Below are positions 51,433-62,541 of a DNA stretch of 64,000 bases, one piece after another. Location of the stretch: positions 296 to 64,295 of the forward strand of contig CAZWRS010000002.1 in NCBI GenBank assembly GCA_964636435.1, written 5' to 3'. How positions within the stretch are numbered: position 1 is the first letter of the stretch; every line of letters starts with the position of its first letter. The notes below the pieces were generated by a model that was given only the letters and a program-made list of their open reading frames with translations, ran no database searches and was not told where the DNA came from. The position numbers and the translations under genes are program-made. Source of the DNA: an uncultured Candidatus Saccharibacteria bacterium. GTDB taxonomy: Bacteria > Patescibacteriota > Saccharimonadia > Saccharimonadales > JAGQNK01.

Positions 51433-52251
51433 CTAGTTGACTGTTTTGTAGCTACCCAGGGTCGTGATACTGCACCCCTGGGCACGCAAGGCGGTGAAGA
51501 CTTCCTGCTCTAGGCGCTCGTCAAGGCGCGCCTCAAAATCGATGTAGAAAGAGTAGTGCCGCTGGTCATTGGCGATCGGATGGCTGTCGAGCTTAGACAG
51601 GTTGATATTCGCATCGGCAAACACACCCAGGGCCCGGTAGAGCGCAGCGGGCTGGTGGTTAGTCTCCAGTATGATGCTTGTCTTGGTGGCGTCAGCGGGC
51701 ACACGCGCATCGTTACCTATCAGGAAAAAGCGGGTGTAGTTGTGCGTGTCATCGTTTATGGGGCCCGCTATAATCGTGCCGCCATATAGTTCAGCCGCAT
51801 GCTTGCCGGCGATTGCCGCGAGTGGCTTATCTATATGCTGCGTAACATAACGGACGCTTTCGGCTGTGTCGTGCTTTTCTTCTATGTGGGCCTGCGGCAT
51901 GTGCTGCTCCAGCCAGAGCTCGCATTGGGCAATGGCCGGTCCCTGGGATAGGACGGTGGTGATTTCATCTACTGCCCGGTCGCGCGCAGCAATCAGGTAC
52001 TGATTGATGTGTAGGGTAGTTTCTTGGCTGACCCACAGTGCGTGCCGGGCGAGTAGTCGATAAACGGTATTAATCGAACCATGCAGGCTGTTTTCAATGG
52101 CGACCACTCCTTGGTCGGCTTGCCCACTTTTGACAGCTTCAAACACCTGCTGGAACGTATTGCAGGGTAGCAGTTCTATATCTGGGCCGAGCATCTTGGT
52201 AGCTGCCTCGTGATGGAACGAGCCGGCGATGCCCTGAATCGCTATTTTCAC
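51433..52251 (-). CDS. pheA: Prephenate dehydratase with C-terminal ACT domain
   Basis: PDT domain (IAIQGIAGSFHHEAA, TRF) followed by an ACT-like region. Confidence 0.85.
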   Translation of the reverse strand: MKIAIQGIAGSFHHEAATKMLGPDIELLPCNTFQQVFEAVKSGQADQGVVAIENSLHGSINTVYRLLARHALWVSQETTLHINQYLIAARDRAVDEITTVLSQGPAIAQCELWLEQHMPQAHIEEKHDTAESVRYVTQHIDKPLAAIAGKHAAELYGGTIIAGPINDDTHNYTRFFLIGNDARVPADATKTSIILETNHQPAALYRALGVFADANINLSKLDSHPIANDQRHYSFYIDFEARLDERLEQEVFTALRAQGCSITTLGSYKTVN

Positions 52252-52360
52252 CCTGACAACCCTACCACTTATAAGTCATTTTTACAATCAGCTTGTGTTC
52301 GCGTAAGCACAAAGCCTACAATTAAAATATTAGAAATCTCACAATATTCAGGAGAGGGGT

Positions 52361-53026
52361 GTGAGGAAGAATTATAACGCTGCCCGCCGAAACCGGCAGC
52401 ACTCCCGTCGGGAATTGAGAATGGCAGCTAAGTCAGAGAGCTTCGTGCCGTTTGGGGTACGGCGGCGAATGGCCTATGAGTCAGCTGCGCCGATCATTGA
52501 GGCTTTTAACGTGCTGCGAGATGATGGCGTAATTGACGAACGACTCAAACCGCGCCAGGTGCTCCATGTGACGGAAATGCCCCTGACGAGCATACAGAAA
52601 CAGGTCAGCCGCGGCATTGTGGCAGGCTACGAGCTAGGTAAACGAAGCGTCAAGGAAAAGAAGCGCATTACGTCAGCTTTTTCACATCCGATAGAGGTAA
52701 CACTCGGTGAAGCCGATCTTTTCAGGGGGCGGCATCTCGGCTATCGGGTGCATAGTGAGGAGCTTGAAGAAGAGTACCACGACATTCGGTTGTCGCTCGG
52801 TAATATCGGTATCAAGGGTACCATGCGCGACGTAGTGCCGCTTCATGTCACTTGCGGCACGGCTGATGGGCACGTCAGAAAATCAGACCTACGCAGTGCT
52901 GTCAGGGCGATGAATGAGCTGCGCAGTGAGGATCCGCTGCAACTCGGTAGCAGCGAAGAGGGAATGTTGCACGTGCCGCTTCGGGTGGTACTGGAGCCGG
53001 TCGAATTCTACCCGGGCGAGTACTGA
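52361..53026 (+). CDS. Hypothetical protein; possible 2H-phosphoesterase-like (two HVT motifs), low confidence
   Basis: GGAGAGG SD then GTG start. LHVTEM at about residue 69 and LHVTCG at about residue 166 resemble the paired H-x-T/S-x motifs of LigT/2H enzymes. Confidence 0.3.
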   Translation: MRKNYNAARRNRQHSRRELRMAAKSESFVPFGVRRRMAYESAAPIIEAFNVLRDDGVIDERLKPRQVLHVTEMPLTSIQKQVSRGIVAGYELGKRSVKEKKRITSAFSHPIEVTLGEADLFRGRHLGYRVHSEELEEEYHDIRLSLGNIGIKGTMRDVVPLHVTCGTADGHVRKSDLRSAVRAMNELRSEDPLQLGSSEEGMLHVPLRVVLEPVEFYPGEY

Positions 53027-53101
53027 TTATCTCCCCACCGGCGCAGTGGAAAAAGTGCTGAAATTTTGCTATAATTCCTAGCCGTTCTAGAGAGTGAGGA
53101 A

Positions 53102-55918
53102 TTGATGAGCGAAAAGATTGTCGTTAAGGGTGCGCGCGAGCACAACCTGAAGAATATTGACGTCGAGCTGCCCCGCAATAAATTGGTGGTGATTACTGGC
53201 CTGTCTGGCTCCGGTAAGTCATCGCTGGCGTTTGACACGATTTATGCCGAAGGTCAGCGGCGCTATGTCGAGTCGCTGAGTGCCTACGCCCGTCAGTTCC
53301 TCGGGCTCATGGAGAAGCCGGATGTCGATCAGATAGATGGCTTAAGCCCGGCTATATCTATTGACCAGAAATCCACCAGTCGTAACCCACGCAGTACGGT
53401 AGCGACGGTGACTGAGATTTATGACTATTTGCGCCTGCTGTTTGCCCGGATTGGTATTCCGCACTGTCCCATCTGTGGCCGGCCGGTGGAGCGCCAGACG
53501 ACCCAGGCTATCGTTGACCAAGTCGCCGCTCTGCCCGAAAAGGCCCGGCTGATGATTCTGGCGCCGGTAGTCGTAGACAAGAAGGGGGCTTTCGAGCATA
53601 TCCCCGAGCAGTATCAGCGCGCCGGCTTTGCCCGGGCCCGTGTCGACGGCGTCGTGTATGCGTTGGATGAATTTCCCGAACTGGATAAGAATTATAAGCA
53701 CAGTATCGAGATTGTCGTTGACCGGCTGGTGAATGACGAGGATAGCCGCGGCCGATTGGCCCAGAGTGTCGAGCAGGCCATTGAGATTGCTGACGGTAAG
53801 CTGAAGGTCGTCAATGCCGATAGCGAGGAAACGTTCAATTACAGCCTGATGTATGCCTGCATCGAGCATCCCGACGTGGTCATTCCCGAACTTGAACCGC
53901 GAACGTTTAGCTTTAACAGCCCTCACGGTGCCTGTCCGGTCTGTACCGGCTTGGGTTCGCGGCTCGAGGTTGATCCTGAGCTGGTTATTCCTAACGGCCG
54001 CTTGACGATTGCCGAAGGGGCAATCCGCCCATTTAACCGTATCAATACCGATGCCTGGTACACCAAAAAGATACAGGCAGTGGCGGATCGCTACGGCTTT
54101 TCGCTGCACGTACCGACCGGTGAGCTGAAAAAAGACCAGCTGGATAAGATCTTGTACGGCACGGGTAACGAGAAATATAAGGTTTCACTCGGTATTGGCC
54201 GCACCTTTGAGACGACCTATGAAGGCGTCATCCCCAACCTCGAGCGCCGGCACAAAGAAACTGAGAGTGATTTTATGCGGCGTGATATTGAACGATTCAT
54301 GCGCGAGCGGCCGTGTCATGTCTGTGAGGGGCGTCGGTTACGGCCAGAAGTGCTGGCCGTAACAGTCGCGGAGCATTCCATCATGGATATTTGCGAGCTT
54401 TCTATTGACGAGGCGGTTCGGTTTTTTAATACCATCAAGCTGACTGACAAAGAGTCGCAGATTGCGCAGCAGGTCATCAAAGAGATTTGCGCCCGATTAA
54501 AGTTCATGCAGGACGTCGGCTTGAATTACCTGAATCTGCTGCGCAGTGCCGCGACGCTGTCCGGCGGTGAGGCCCAGCGTATCCGGCTGGCGACCCAGAT
54601 TGGCTCCGGCCTGCAGGGTGTGCTGTACGTGCTCGATGAGCCGAGTATTGGTTTGCATCAGCGCGATAACGAACGACTGATCAGCACCCTCAAGCACCTC
54701 CGCGATTTGGGCAATACGGTGATTGTCGTTGAGCACGACGAAGATACCATCCGTACCGCTGACTACCTTCTGGACATTGGTCCGGGTGCTGGCATCCACG
54801 GCGGCAAGGTGGTGGCTGCCGGTGCACCGCGTGAGGTTGCCTCAGTTGAAAAAAGCATCACCGGCAAGTACTTAAATGGAGTCAAGGAGATACCGAAGCC
54901 GAAGAAGCGCCGTAAAGGCAACGGCAAAGCCCTATTCGTCAAAGGTGCCAAGGAAAATAACCTCAAAAACGTGGATGTCAATATTCCGCTCGGTCAGCTG
55001 GTGGTGGTCAGCGGCGTATCCGGCTCTGGCAAGTCCAGCCTCATTAACGATATCCTGGCCAAAGAGCTGTCAGCTCGTTTGATGCGTGCCAATACGGTGC
55101 CGGGCCGTCATGAAGATATTGAGGGCATTGAGCACCTCGACAAGGCGATCATTATTGACCAGTCACCGATTGGCCGCACGCCGCGCTCTAATCCAGCGAC
55201 TTACACCGGCTTATTCACGCCGATTCGCGAACTGTTTGCCAGCACGCCGGAGGCGAAGCTACGTGGCTACGGTCCGGGCCGTTTTAGCTTTAACGTGCGT
55301 GGTGGGCGGTGTGAGAACTGTGCCGGTGACGGTATTATTAAGATTGAAATGCACTTCCTGCCGGATGTGTATGTACCGTGTGAAGTGTGTAAGGGTAAGC
55401 GCTACAACCGTGAAGCGCTGGAGATCCACTACAAGGGCAAGACGATTAGCGACGTACTCGATATGACCTGCGAGCAGGCGCTAGGCTTCTTTGAGAATAT
55501 TCCTTCAATTGCGAAAAAGTTGCAAACACTTGTGGACGTGGGCTTGGGCTACATTAAGCTCGGTCAGCCAGCGACGACGCTCTCCGGCGGCGAGGCGCAG
55601 CGCGTCAAGCTCGCCACCGAGCTATCGCGGCGGGCCACCGGACGAACGTTGTACATCTTAGATGAACCGACGACCGGCCTGCATATGGATGATGTGAACC
55701 GGCTGCTCGGGGTGCTGCATGCCCTGGTCGATACCGGTAACAGCATGGTCATCATTGAGCATAACCTGGATGTGATCAAAAATGCCGACTGGGTAATCGA
55801 TATGGGTCCTGAAGGTGGCTCTGGCGGTGGTCAGGTGGTAGCTGAAGGCTCCCCGGAGCAGATTGCTAAAAGTAGCGATTCGCACACCGGTAAGTTTCTA
55901 GCAAAGATGCTGAAGTGA
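53102..55918 (+). CDS. uvrA: Excinuclease ABC subunit A
   Basis: Two ABC modules ([20 protein letters not shown]), zinc-finger Cys clusters and LSGGEAQR signatures; 938 aa. Confidence 0.95.
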   Translation: MMSEKIVVKGAREHNLKNIDVELPRNKLVVITGLSGSGKSSLAFDTIYAEGQRRYVESLSAYARQFLGLMEKPDVDQIDGLSPAISIDQKSTSRNPRSTVATVTEIYDYLRLLFARIGIPHCPICGRPVERQTTQAIVDQVAALPEKARLMILAPVVVDKKGAFEHIPEQYQRAGFARARVDGVVYALDEFPELDKNYKHSIEIVVDRLVNDEDSRGRLAQSVEQAIEIADGKLKVVNADSEETFNYSLMYACIEHPDVVIPELEPRTFSFNSPHGACPVCTGLGSRLEVDPELVIPNGRLTIAEGAIRPFNRINTDAWYTKKIQAVADRYGFSLHVPTGELKKDQLDKILYGTGNEKYKVSLGIGRTFETTYEGVIPNLERRHKETESDFMRRDIERFMRERPCHVCEGRRLRPEVLAVTVAEHSIMDICELSIDEAVRFFNTIKLTDKESQIAQQVIKEICARLKFMQDVGLNYLNLLRSAATLSGGEAQRIRLATQIGSGLQGVLYVLDEPSIGLHQRDNERLISTLKHLRDLGNTVIVVEHDEDTIRTADYLLDIGPGAGIHGGKVVAAGAPREVASVEKSITGKYLNGVKEIPKPKKRRKGNGKALFVKGAKENNLKNVDVNIPLGQLVVVSGVSGSGKSSLINDILAKELSARLMRANTVPGRHEDIEGIEHLDKAIIIDQSPIGRTPRSNPATYTGLFTPIRELFASTPEAKLRGYGPGRFSFNVRGGRCENCAGDGIIKIEMHFLPDVYVPCEVCKGKRYNREALEIHYKGKTISDVLDMTCEQALGFFENIPSIAKKLQTLVDVGLGYIKLGQPATTLSGGEAQRVKLATELSRRATGRTLYILDEPTTGLHMDDVNRLLGVLHALVDTGNSMVIIEHNLDVIKNADWVIDMGPEGGSGGGQVVAEGSPEQIAKSSDSHTGKFLAKMLK

Positions 55919-56397
55919 TGGCTGACCCGCAACGATCCTTTGAGGCCCACCGACGAAGCGCAATCGTGCTGGCACGTGATAACTTGGCAGAGGTAGCCTT
56001 ATTCAGGCTGCAGACCAGGCACCACGAAACTGATCTGGCAAACACGTGGCACTTGGTGGGCAACCTGGTTATCGCTGCATGTGCGGCGGCCGAAACCGAT
56101 GAGCCGCCCGCCAGGTTGGCGGCTGATGCGCTGGCTACGGTGGGAGCGGACGCGGAGCGCAGCCAGCATAACTTCCAGCAGCTCCTAACCCGGAGCGTCC
56201 GACGTGAAATATTTGCACTTCAGCATATCCCAAGTGGCGCTCCGGAAATTCATGAAACGGCGCATAGCCGGGAGTTACGGGTGGCTGAATTTATCCGTCA
56301 GGCACACATGCTAAAACCGGACGCACCAGAGCCAGTCGGCCCCGCGGGTAGCGGCAAGCTGCTGTTTTTAGGTACTTACCAGCGGCGGGTGACGTAA
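55915..56397 (+). CDS. Hypothetical protein overlapping the uvrA stop (ATGA)
   Basis: 160-aa ORF; no family recognised. Coding status uncertain. Confidence 0.3.
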   Translation: MMADPQRSFEAHRRSAIVLARDNLAEVALFRLQTRHHETDLANTWHLVGNLVIAACAAAETDEPPARLAADALATVGADAERSQHNFQQLLTRSVRREIFALQHIPSGAPEIHETAHSRELRVAEFIRQAHMLKPDAPEPVGPAGSGKLLFLGTYQRRVT

Positions 56398-56407
56398 AGG
56401 GAGCTGC

Positions 56408-57103
56408 TTAGTCAATCCGCTTATTGAGGCCGATGTACCGCAAGATGCGCTTGATATTGGTATCAATTAACGTGAAGAGCTTCTGCCGGGATACCGGATC
56501 GCGCAGGATTGGCACGAGCGGTGGGATAAAGGTAGCGACCAGGGCAACCAGTACGATCGGGCCGAGGTAGGCATCGAGATTCGGAATCCGGCTGCCGAAA
56601 AAGTAGCCGAGCATCGGTACGCCGATACCCCAGATGAGGGCGCCCAGTACGTTATAGAACATGAAGCGTTTGCGGTCCATTTTGGCAACGCCAGCTATCA
56701 TGGGGGCAAATGTCCGGACAACTGGCACAAAGCGGGCGAGGGTGACAGTTTTGCCGCCGTGTGTTTTGTAGAAGCCCTCAGCCCGCTGGATATGATCTTT
56801 GCGGAAAAAGAGTCCGTCGTCTTTCCTGAATAGTCGCGGCCCGGCCCGTCGACCAATTGTGTAGCCGACGTTGTCACCGAGGATGGCGCCGATGACGATT
56901 GACACAATGAGCCACTCAATAGGCAACAGACCTTGAGCGGCGAAGAAGCCAGACATGAAGAGCAGGGTATCTCCGCCCGGCAGAAGAATACCGATGAGCA
57001 GGGCGGATTCGGCGAAAATTATGCCGCCGATGAGTAGTGCACCGCCGGTCTGAACGATTTTTTCTGGGGAAATACCTATCATTTGCTTTTGCAATTCTAA
57101 CAC
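56408..57103 (-). CDS. DedA family membrane protein
   Basis: LLPGGDTLLFMSGFF motif and multi-TM pattern of DedA/SNARE-associated proteins. Confidence 0.8.
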   Translation of the reverse strand: MLELQKQMIGISPEKIVQTGGALLIGGIIFAESALLIGILLPGGDTLLFMSGFFAAQGLLPIEWLIVSIVIGAILGDNVGYTIGRRAGPRLFRKDDGLFFRKDHIQRAEGFYKTHGGKTVTLARFVPVVRTFAPMIAGVAKMDRKRFMFYNVLGALIWGIGVPMLGYFFGSRIPNLDAYLGPIVLVALVATFIPPLVPILRDPVSRQKLFTLIDTNIKRILRYIGLNKRID

Positions 57104-57191
57104 AGGCGAGTCCCGGTGTCTCCCTATGCTGGTATTTGGTATACTAGGTGTACGCTAGATAAGACTGCTAACTCGGAGGGAGAAGCGATTC

Positions 57192-57875
57192 ATGGCAAAT
57201 GACACCATAGGGGTGGAACTTAATAAACGCGACGTCATCGGTAAGGGGCTGGGCAAATTACGCGCCCAGGGGCTGGTGCCGGCAGTAGTGCACAACCACG
57301 GCAAAGATTCACTGCATGTGATGGGTGATTTTTTGCGGCTCACGAAGGTGTACGAGCAAGCCGGTAAGCACCACCCGGTCGAGTTGAGCGTGGATGGCAA
57401 ACCGCAGCTCGCCCTCATTAAAGATGCTGACTTTGACCCGCGCAAGCACCAGCTGCGTCACGTTGTTTTCCAGGCAATCAAACAGAATGAAAAAACGACT
57501 GCCGAAATTCCGGTCGTGCTGGCAGGTGAAGAAATTCCAGCTGAAAAGAAGAGCTTACTGGTATTGCCGCAGCTTGATGTGGTAGAGGTCGAAGCGCTGC
57601 CACGTGATCTGCCGAGTGAACTGCCGGTGGATGCCACTAAACTGGAGGATGTTGGTGACCGGTTGCACGTGTCGGACATCCAGGCGCCAAAGGGCGTGAC
57701 CATCCTGACCGATCCCGATGCTTCATTGGCGGTCGTAGAGATGCCGAAAGATCAGATTGCCGAGGCAGACGCTGCTGCAGCCGCCCTGGCGGAGGATCAA
57801 GAGGCAGCACCTGCCGAAGAACAGCCCGCTGAGGAAGCTGCTGAGCCAGCTGAAGAACAGCCAGCCGAAAAATAG
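57192..57875 (+). CDS. rplY: 50S ribosomal protein L25 / general stress protein Ctc with acidic C-terminal extension
   Basis: L25 N-domain (ELNKRDVIGKGLGKLRAQGLVPAVV); Ala/Glu-rich tail. Confidence 0.85.
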   Translation: MANDTIGVELNKRDVIGKGLGKLRAQGLVPAVVHNHGKDSLHVMGDFLRLTKVYEQAGKHHPVELSVDGKPQLALIKDADFDPRKHQLRHVVFQAIKQNEKTTAEIPVVLAGEEIPAEKKSLLVLPQLDVVEVEALPRDLPSELPVDATKLEDVGDRLHVSDIQAPKGVTILTDPDASLAVVEMPKDQIAEADAAAAALAEDQEAAPAEEQPAEEAAEPAEEQPAEK

Positions 57876-57903
57876 CTAGCCTAGACAGCAAACGTCTTTT
57901 GAC

Positions 57904-57940
57904 CCACACCAGCCATAATGGGTAGCTGGTGTGGGTTTTT
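57904..57940 (+). terminator. Rho-independent terminator after rplY
   Basis: CCCACACCAGC-cataatgggta-GCTGGTGTGGG hairpin followed by TTTTT. Confidence 0.6.
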
Positions 57941-57960
57941 GCTGTCGTCTGGCGTAAAAT

Positions 57961-59679
57961 GTGGCCATAATGGAACGCAATCCCTTTGATAACCTGCCAG
58001 ACGACGAACACCCGGCTGATAGTTCCGAAAGTTCTAAAGCAGCTAAAAAGAAAAAGAAGCGTTTATTACCGGAGACGGAGGTGAAGAATCCGGACCAGAA
58101 GCGGCAAGCGTCAGAAGATGATGGTACGCGGCATGAAGTGCGGGGGCGTAGACTAGATCTCTCTTCGCTGCTTGAGGCAAACAAGCATCAGGATGAGGCA
58201 GTTACTGACAGTGTCGAAGGACACGACGAAGCACAGCCTGAAGTAGCGCAAAACCCGGAAGATTTATCTGAGGAAGAGCTGCAGCTCGTCGCGCAGCAGA
58301 TTATCGAAGACCACGGCAGGCAGCTACAGGAAGAACTGGCGTCAGTTGAGTCGGACAGTCCGAAAGCGGCCGAAGTCCTTGGGGATGCGTATTTTATTGA
58401 GAGCCTGGCGGAGGAAGTCGACCAGGGCAAGAAGATAGATGACGAGCTGCTTGATGAGCTTGTTGATAGTGTCGCGCGTGAATTTGCGAGCGAGCGAGCT
58501 GAGCACGCGACTGCAGAGGAAGTCGTGACTGAGGATGGTGAGACGGCTGATGATGAGCCTGCTGCTATCGCCCTCAGGGCAGCAGCTGCCGCCCCGCCTA
58601 CTGTGCCACCGCCACCTCCGCCACCACCACGGACGCCAGGTCCCTCAGCACCGACGCCAGGACCAGGGGGGAGCGGCCCCGTACCTGCTCGTACTTTCAC
58701 TGGTGCGATGCCCGCAGGTCCCGCTACAAGCCCGCGATTGCCGCATACCCGTTCGGCGGCGCACGAAACTGTTCGCACCCGGTATAGGGGGGCTGACCTG
58801 CTAGTTGGTGGTATTGTCGGTTACTTGATTGGTCGTCGGCGTGGGCGTATTAGGACCGAGGCCCGACTCATGCCTATCCAGCAGTCACTGGAAAAGCAGG
58901 TGAGAGATCTGGATGAAAAGATTAGCAGCAGAGAAAAAGTCATCCGTTCAATGGTTGCTGAAAAGATAGCTCGGGGCAGCGAAGATATGCGCCGCTCGGT
59001 AGCCGAGAAGGTCGAGGCAAAAACCCGGGCAAAGGAAGAGGCCAGGCGCCGATCAGGTGAGGCGCGCAGCGTCCGGCCGGCACAACCGGAGCAGGCCGAT
59101 AAAGTATACGACGAAGCGGTTATATCTGAGCGCACAGCGGCATCACTGCATGTTCATCGCCATGACAGGTTAGCGAGTGCCGTCATAGCGCAGACCGAGG
59201 TCCGTCCGGCTCTCACCAAGGAGGCGGTGAACCGCATGTCAGATAGTGAGCTACTTAAAATTGCCGCAACGATTGAGGCTGATGGCCAGAATGCTCAGCA
59301 GTTGTACGAACAGGGTCGGCTAAGTCGGGAGGACCTCCAGGCAGTCGTGACCGAGCAGTTGATTGGTCAGGGCCGAGTGGAGCGGTTACTACGCGAACGC
59401 CAGCGACCGGTTGAGCAGGCGGTCGGTACGCGTGAGCAACTTGTGCAGCAGTCGGACGTAGGACAGGCTGCGCAGACGCATACCGTAAGCAGCGCTCCCG
59501 TGCCAGATTCACTGCCTGTGGCGAGCTCATCGCCAGGCACGGATGTTGCGGCAGCTTCTGATGCGCTAATCGCGGAGCATGCTGCCCGTGAGCGGCGGAC
59601 CGGGGGTAGTTACAGCTACGTCTGGATTATCGTGGGCATTGTGGCTGCATTGTTCATCTTGAGCTTGCTACTGCTCTAG
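57961..59679 (+). CDS. Hypothetical protein: acidic disordered N-region, poly-Pro tract, central TM, coiled-coil region, C-terminal TM
   Basis: 572-aa ORF. PPPPPPPPRTPGPSAPTPGP, then TM LLVGGIVGYLIGRRRG; C-terminal TM YVWIIVGIVAALFILSLLLL. Confidence 0.4.
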   Translation: MAIMERNPFDNLPDDEHPADSSESSKAAKKKKKRLLPETEVKNPDQKRQASEDDGTRHEVRGRRLDLSSLLEANKHQDEAVTDSVEGHDEAQPEVAQNPEDLSEEELQLVAQQIIEDHGRQLQEELASVESDSPKAAEVLGDAYFIESLAEEVDQGKKIDDELLDELVDSVAREFASERAEHATAEEVVTEDGETADDEPAAIALRAAAAAPPTVPPPPPPPPRTPGPSAPTPGPGGSGPVPARTFTGAMPAGPATSPRLPHTRSAAHETVRTRYRGADLLVGGIVGYLIGRRRGRIRTEARLMPIQQSLEKQVRDLDEKISSREKVIRSMVAEKIARGSEDMRRSVAEKVEAKTRAKEEARRRSGEARSVRPAQPEQADKVYDEAVISERTAASLHVHRHDRLASAVIAQTEVRPALTKEAVNRMSDSELLKIAATIEADGQNAQQLYEQGRLSREDLQAVVTEQLIGQGRVERLLRERQRPVEQAVGTREQLVQQSDVGQAAQTHTVSSAPVPDSLPVASSSPGTDVAAASDALIAEHAARERRTGGSYSYVWIIVGIVAALFILSLLLL

Positions 59680-61527
59680 GAAGCCGCCTGATTGATGGTT
59701 CCACAAGCTGGCATAAATGCCACCTTGTCGCAGTAACTCTTTATGGGATCCTTCTTCGACGATCTGCCCCTTGTCCATGACCAGGATGCGGTCCATCTGT
59801 TGGATGGTGCTTAAGCGGTGGGCAATGACGATAGCAGTGCGTCCTTCCATGAGCTTCCATAGTGCGTCTTGGATTAAGACCTCGCTCTCTGAATCCAGGG
59901 CGGACGTTGCTTCGTCCAGCACCAGTATGGGTGCGTTTTTCAGCATCGCCCGGGCAATGGCGACACGCTGGCGCTGGCCGCCAGATAGCTTGACGCCGCG
60001 TTCGCCAACGAGCGTATCGTACTTGTCTGGCAACGCTGCAATGAACTCGTGGGCGTGGGCCATTTTGGCAATGGCTGTTATCTGCCGCTTGGTTGCGTCC
60101 TTGGTGCCGTACGCTATGTTTTCGGCAATTGTTCGGTGAAACAGCATTGGCTCCTGCGGCACGTAAGCGATGTGTTTTCGAAGATCGGCCTGTCGTAGTT
60201 GCGTGATATTCTGGCCATCAATAAGTATTTCGCCGGACTGGATATCAGTGAAGCGCATGAGGAGCTTCGTGACTGTAGTTTTACCACCGCCGCTATGACC
60301 TACGAGGCCTACCTTCTCACCAGGCTTGATCCGTAAGTTCATGTTGCGAAACAGTGGCGCCTCCTTTTTATCGGCGTAGGCAAACGTAACATCCTTGAAT
60401 TCTATCTTGCCGTGTACGATCCGAGGCTTTTCTGGCACGGCCGGATCTGTAATGTCAGTATCCATATTCAGAATTGCAACCATATCGTACGCATCACCCA
60501 TGACTCGGTTGTAGTTACGCATAATATTATTCATCTCCCACAGTTGGCGAGCGATGGTGAACGTATAGGTTACGGCCAGGTAGACGGTAGCTATCGAGAT
60601 GATGTTGTGTTCTGCGGCCCAGACAGCAGCAATGAGTGCGGTTGTGTTCAGTAGGGCGATGAGGCCAGAATAGCCACTGCTGACAAGCAAAAAACCGCGC
60701 ATGGTATTGAGGCTTTTTTCGCGCCAAGTCCTAGTTTGTAGCGTAAGGCCCTCCAGCTCACGGGCTTCGCTGCCATGCGATTTGACAGCCATTATATTCG
60801 TGACTACATCGGCAACATAGCCAGTTACCGCTGTACTAGCCTGCGATTCTTGTTTACTGAGATCGGCCATGTGCCGTGAGCCAAAGTATACGATTAGGAT
60901 AAAAATGACAGCAATTATCAGTAGTACTACAGCATATTGCCAGAAGACAAAGCTTAGTATACTGACCGCTGCGATGATGCTAGTGATAGACGGGGTTAGT
61001 TGGAATATGACCGTATCCCAAAACCGCTCAAAGGCGCTAGTTAGCTTATTGGTCTGTGACACAAGAGAGCCGCCAAATCGGTTGGCGTGAAAGTTCATAC
61101 TATGACTAGTAAGTTTAGTGAAGATCTTTTGATACAAATCTCGTTGAGCTGCAGTTTCAAATGTCCAAGCGAGATAGAGATTGATACGCCAGCCAATAAG
61201 CTCACCCCATAGCTGCGCAAGTATATACAGTGCAATAAGCGTCCAGCTACTAGATAAAGTAATTGAACCTGCTTGTAGCTGCTCCAAGATCCGAGAAATA
61301 ATAAAAGGACCAGCAAATGCACTAGCCGTAACAGCGAGTGCTGCACCGATAATTGCACCAAGCACGCGCATGCGATAACGCATGGCGGTGCGCCAGAATA
61401 GTCGCAAAGTTTCCTTTTGCACAACAAGTTCCTCGTAAGAGTTAATATTTTTATTTGACGCTATAGGATCGGCACGTCCGATCGTTGGCGTATTTAGAGG
61501 ATTGGGCTTACAAAAAGAATGAGCCAA
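59668..61527 (-). CDS. ABC transporter, fused permease/ATP-binding exporter (MsbA-like)
   Basis: Six-TM N-domain. Walker A GHSGGGKTT, signature LSGGQRQRVAIARAML and Walker B ILVLDEATSALD. Confidence 0.85.
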   Translation of the reverse strand: MAHSFCKPNPLNTPTIGRADPIASNKNINSYEELVVQKETLRLFWRTAMRYRMRVLGAIIGAALAVTASAFAGPFIISRILEQLQAGSITLSSSWTLIALYILAQLWGELIGWRINLYLAWTFETAAQRDLYQKIFTKLTSHSMNFHANRFGGSLVSQTNKLTSAFERFWDTVIFQLTPSITSIIAAVSILSFVFWQYAVVLLIIAVIFILIVYFGSRHMADLSKQESQASTAVTGYVADVVTNIMAVKSHGSEARELEGLTLQTRTWREKSLNTMRGFLLVSSGYSGLIALLNTTALIAAVWAAEHNIISIATVYLAVTYTFTIARQLWEMNNIMRNYNRVMGDAYDMVAILNMDTDITDPAVPEKPRIVHGKIEFKDVTFAYADKKEAPLFRNMNLRIKPGEKVGLVGHSGGGKTTVTKLLMRFTDIQSGEILIDGQNITQLRQADLRKHIAYVPQEPMLFHRTIAENIAYGTKDATKRQITAIAKMAHAHEFIAALPDKYDTLVGERGVKLSGGQRQRVAIARAMLKNAPILVLDEATSALDSESEVLIQDALWKLMEGRTAIVIAHRLSTIQQMDRILVMDKGQIVEEGSHKELLRQGGIYASLWNHQSGGFLEQ

Positions 61528-61566
61528 TCATAATAATCAAACCATAATACGGTATAATGTACGTCG

Positions 61567-62457
61567 ATGCAAAAAGTTATTCTCTATTACAAATTCGTGC
61601 CGGTGAAAGATCCGGAGATGACCATGCGCTGGCAACGTGAGTTGTGTACGCGCCTGAACCTTAAGGGCCGGGTTCTAATATCTGATCACGGCATTAATGG
61701 TACGCTCGGTGGCGACCTAGAAGACTTGAAGCGCTACAAGCGGGAGATGAACAAATCTGTTGTGTTTAAGGGCATTGTTTATAAGTGGAGTGATGGCACC
61801 GGTGAGGAGTTCCCGAAGCTTAAAATCAAGGTTAAGCCGGAGCTGGTCGCGCTCAATGCGGCTGACGAGATAATTGTGTCTGAAAAGGGTATCGAAAACG
61901 GTGGCAAGCACTTGAGGCCGAAAGACGTGCATAAGCTCCTTAAAGAGCGCGGTGACGAAGTCGTATTCTTTGATGGCCGGAACAAGTACGAGGCTGCTAT
62001 CGGTAAGTTTAAGGGCGCAATTGTACCGGATGTCGATACGTCACATGATTTTGCTAAAGAGCTCGAAGATCCGAAGTACGAGGCGATTAAGGACAAGCCG
62101 ATCGTCACCTACTGTACGGGCGGCGTGCGCTGTGAGGTAATTAGCGCCATGATGAAGAACCGTGGCTTCAAAGAGGTGTACCAGATAGATGGCGGTATTG
62201 TGAAGTATGGGGAGACGTACGGTGATGACGGCCAGTGGGAAGGCAAGTTGCATATCTTCGATGACCGTATGCAGATGCAGTTTAGTGACAAGGCCAAGGA
62301 TATAGGCGCCTGTACGCACTGCGACGGCCCAACCAGCCGGTATATAAACTGCGATAATGTTGCATGCAACAGATTGGTCCTTGTCTGCAGAAATTGCGAC
62401 AAAAAATCAAAATGCGAAAAGTGTATTAGCGAAAGACTATTGACAAAAAAGCAATAA
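61567..62457 (+). CDS. trhO: Rhodanese-domain tRNA uridine(34) hydroxylase TrhO (UPF0176/YceA family)
   Basis: Rhodanese active-site CTGGVRCE; C-terminal Cys cluster CTHCDGP...CDNVACNRL...CRNCDKKSKCEKC. Confidence 0.75.
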   Translation: MQKVILYYKFVPVKDPEMTMRWQRELCTRLNLKGRVLISDHGINGTLGGDLEDLKRYKREMNKSVVFKGIVYKWSDGTGEEFPKLKIKVKPELVALNAADEIIVSEKGIENGGKHLRPKDVHKLLKERGDEVVFFDGRNKYEAAIGKFKGAIVPDVDTSHDFAKELEDPKYEAIKDKPIVTYCTGGVRCEVISAMMKNRGFKEVYQIDGGIVKYGETYGDDGQWEGKLHIFDDRMQMQFSDKAKDIGACTHCDGPTSRYINCDNVACNRLVLVCRNCDKKSKCEKCISERLLTKKQ

Positions 62458-62541
62458 TCATGTAGTATGTAGCACCTGACTCGATATCGCCTATGTTACC
62501 CCGCGTAACAGGGTGGGCACGAGTGGAGAGGTGTTATATAT

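Noticed and set aside
53342-54109. 255-aa minus-strand ORF inside uvrA
   Set aside because: UvrA identity is unambiguous; this is an antisense ORF.
58188-58778. Minus-strand ORF with poly-Gly/Ala/Ser tracts
   Set aside because: Antisense of the proline-rich segment of the 57961-59679 gene; a compositional artefact.
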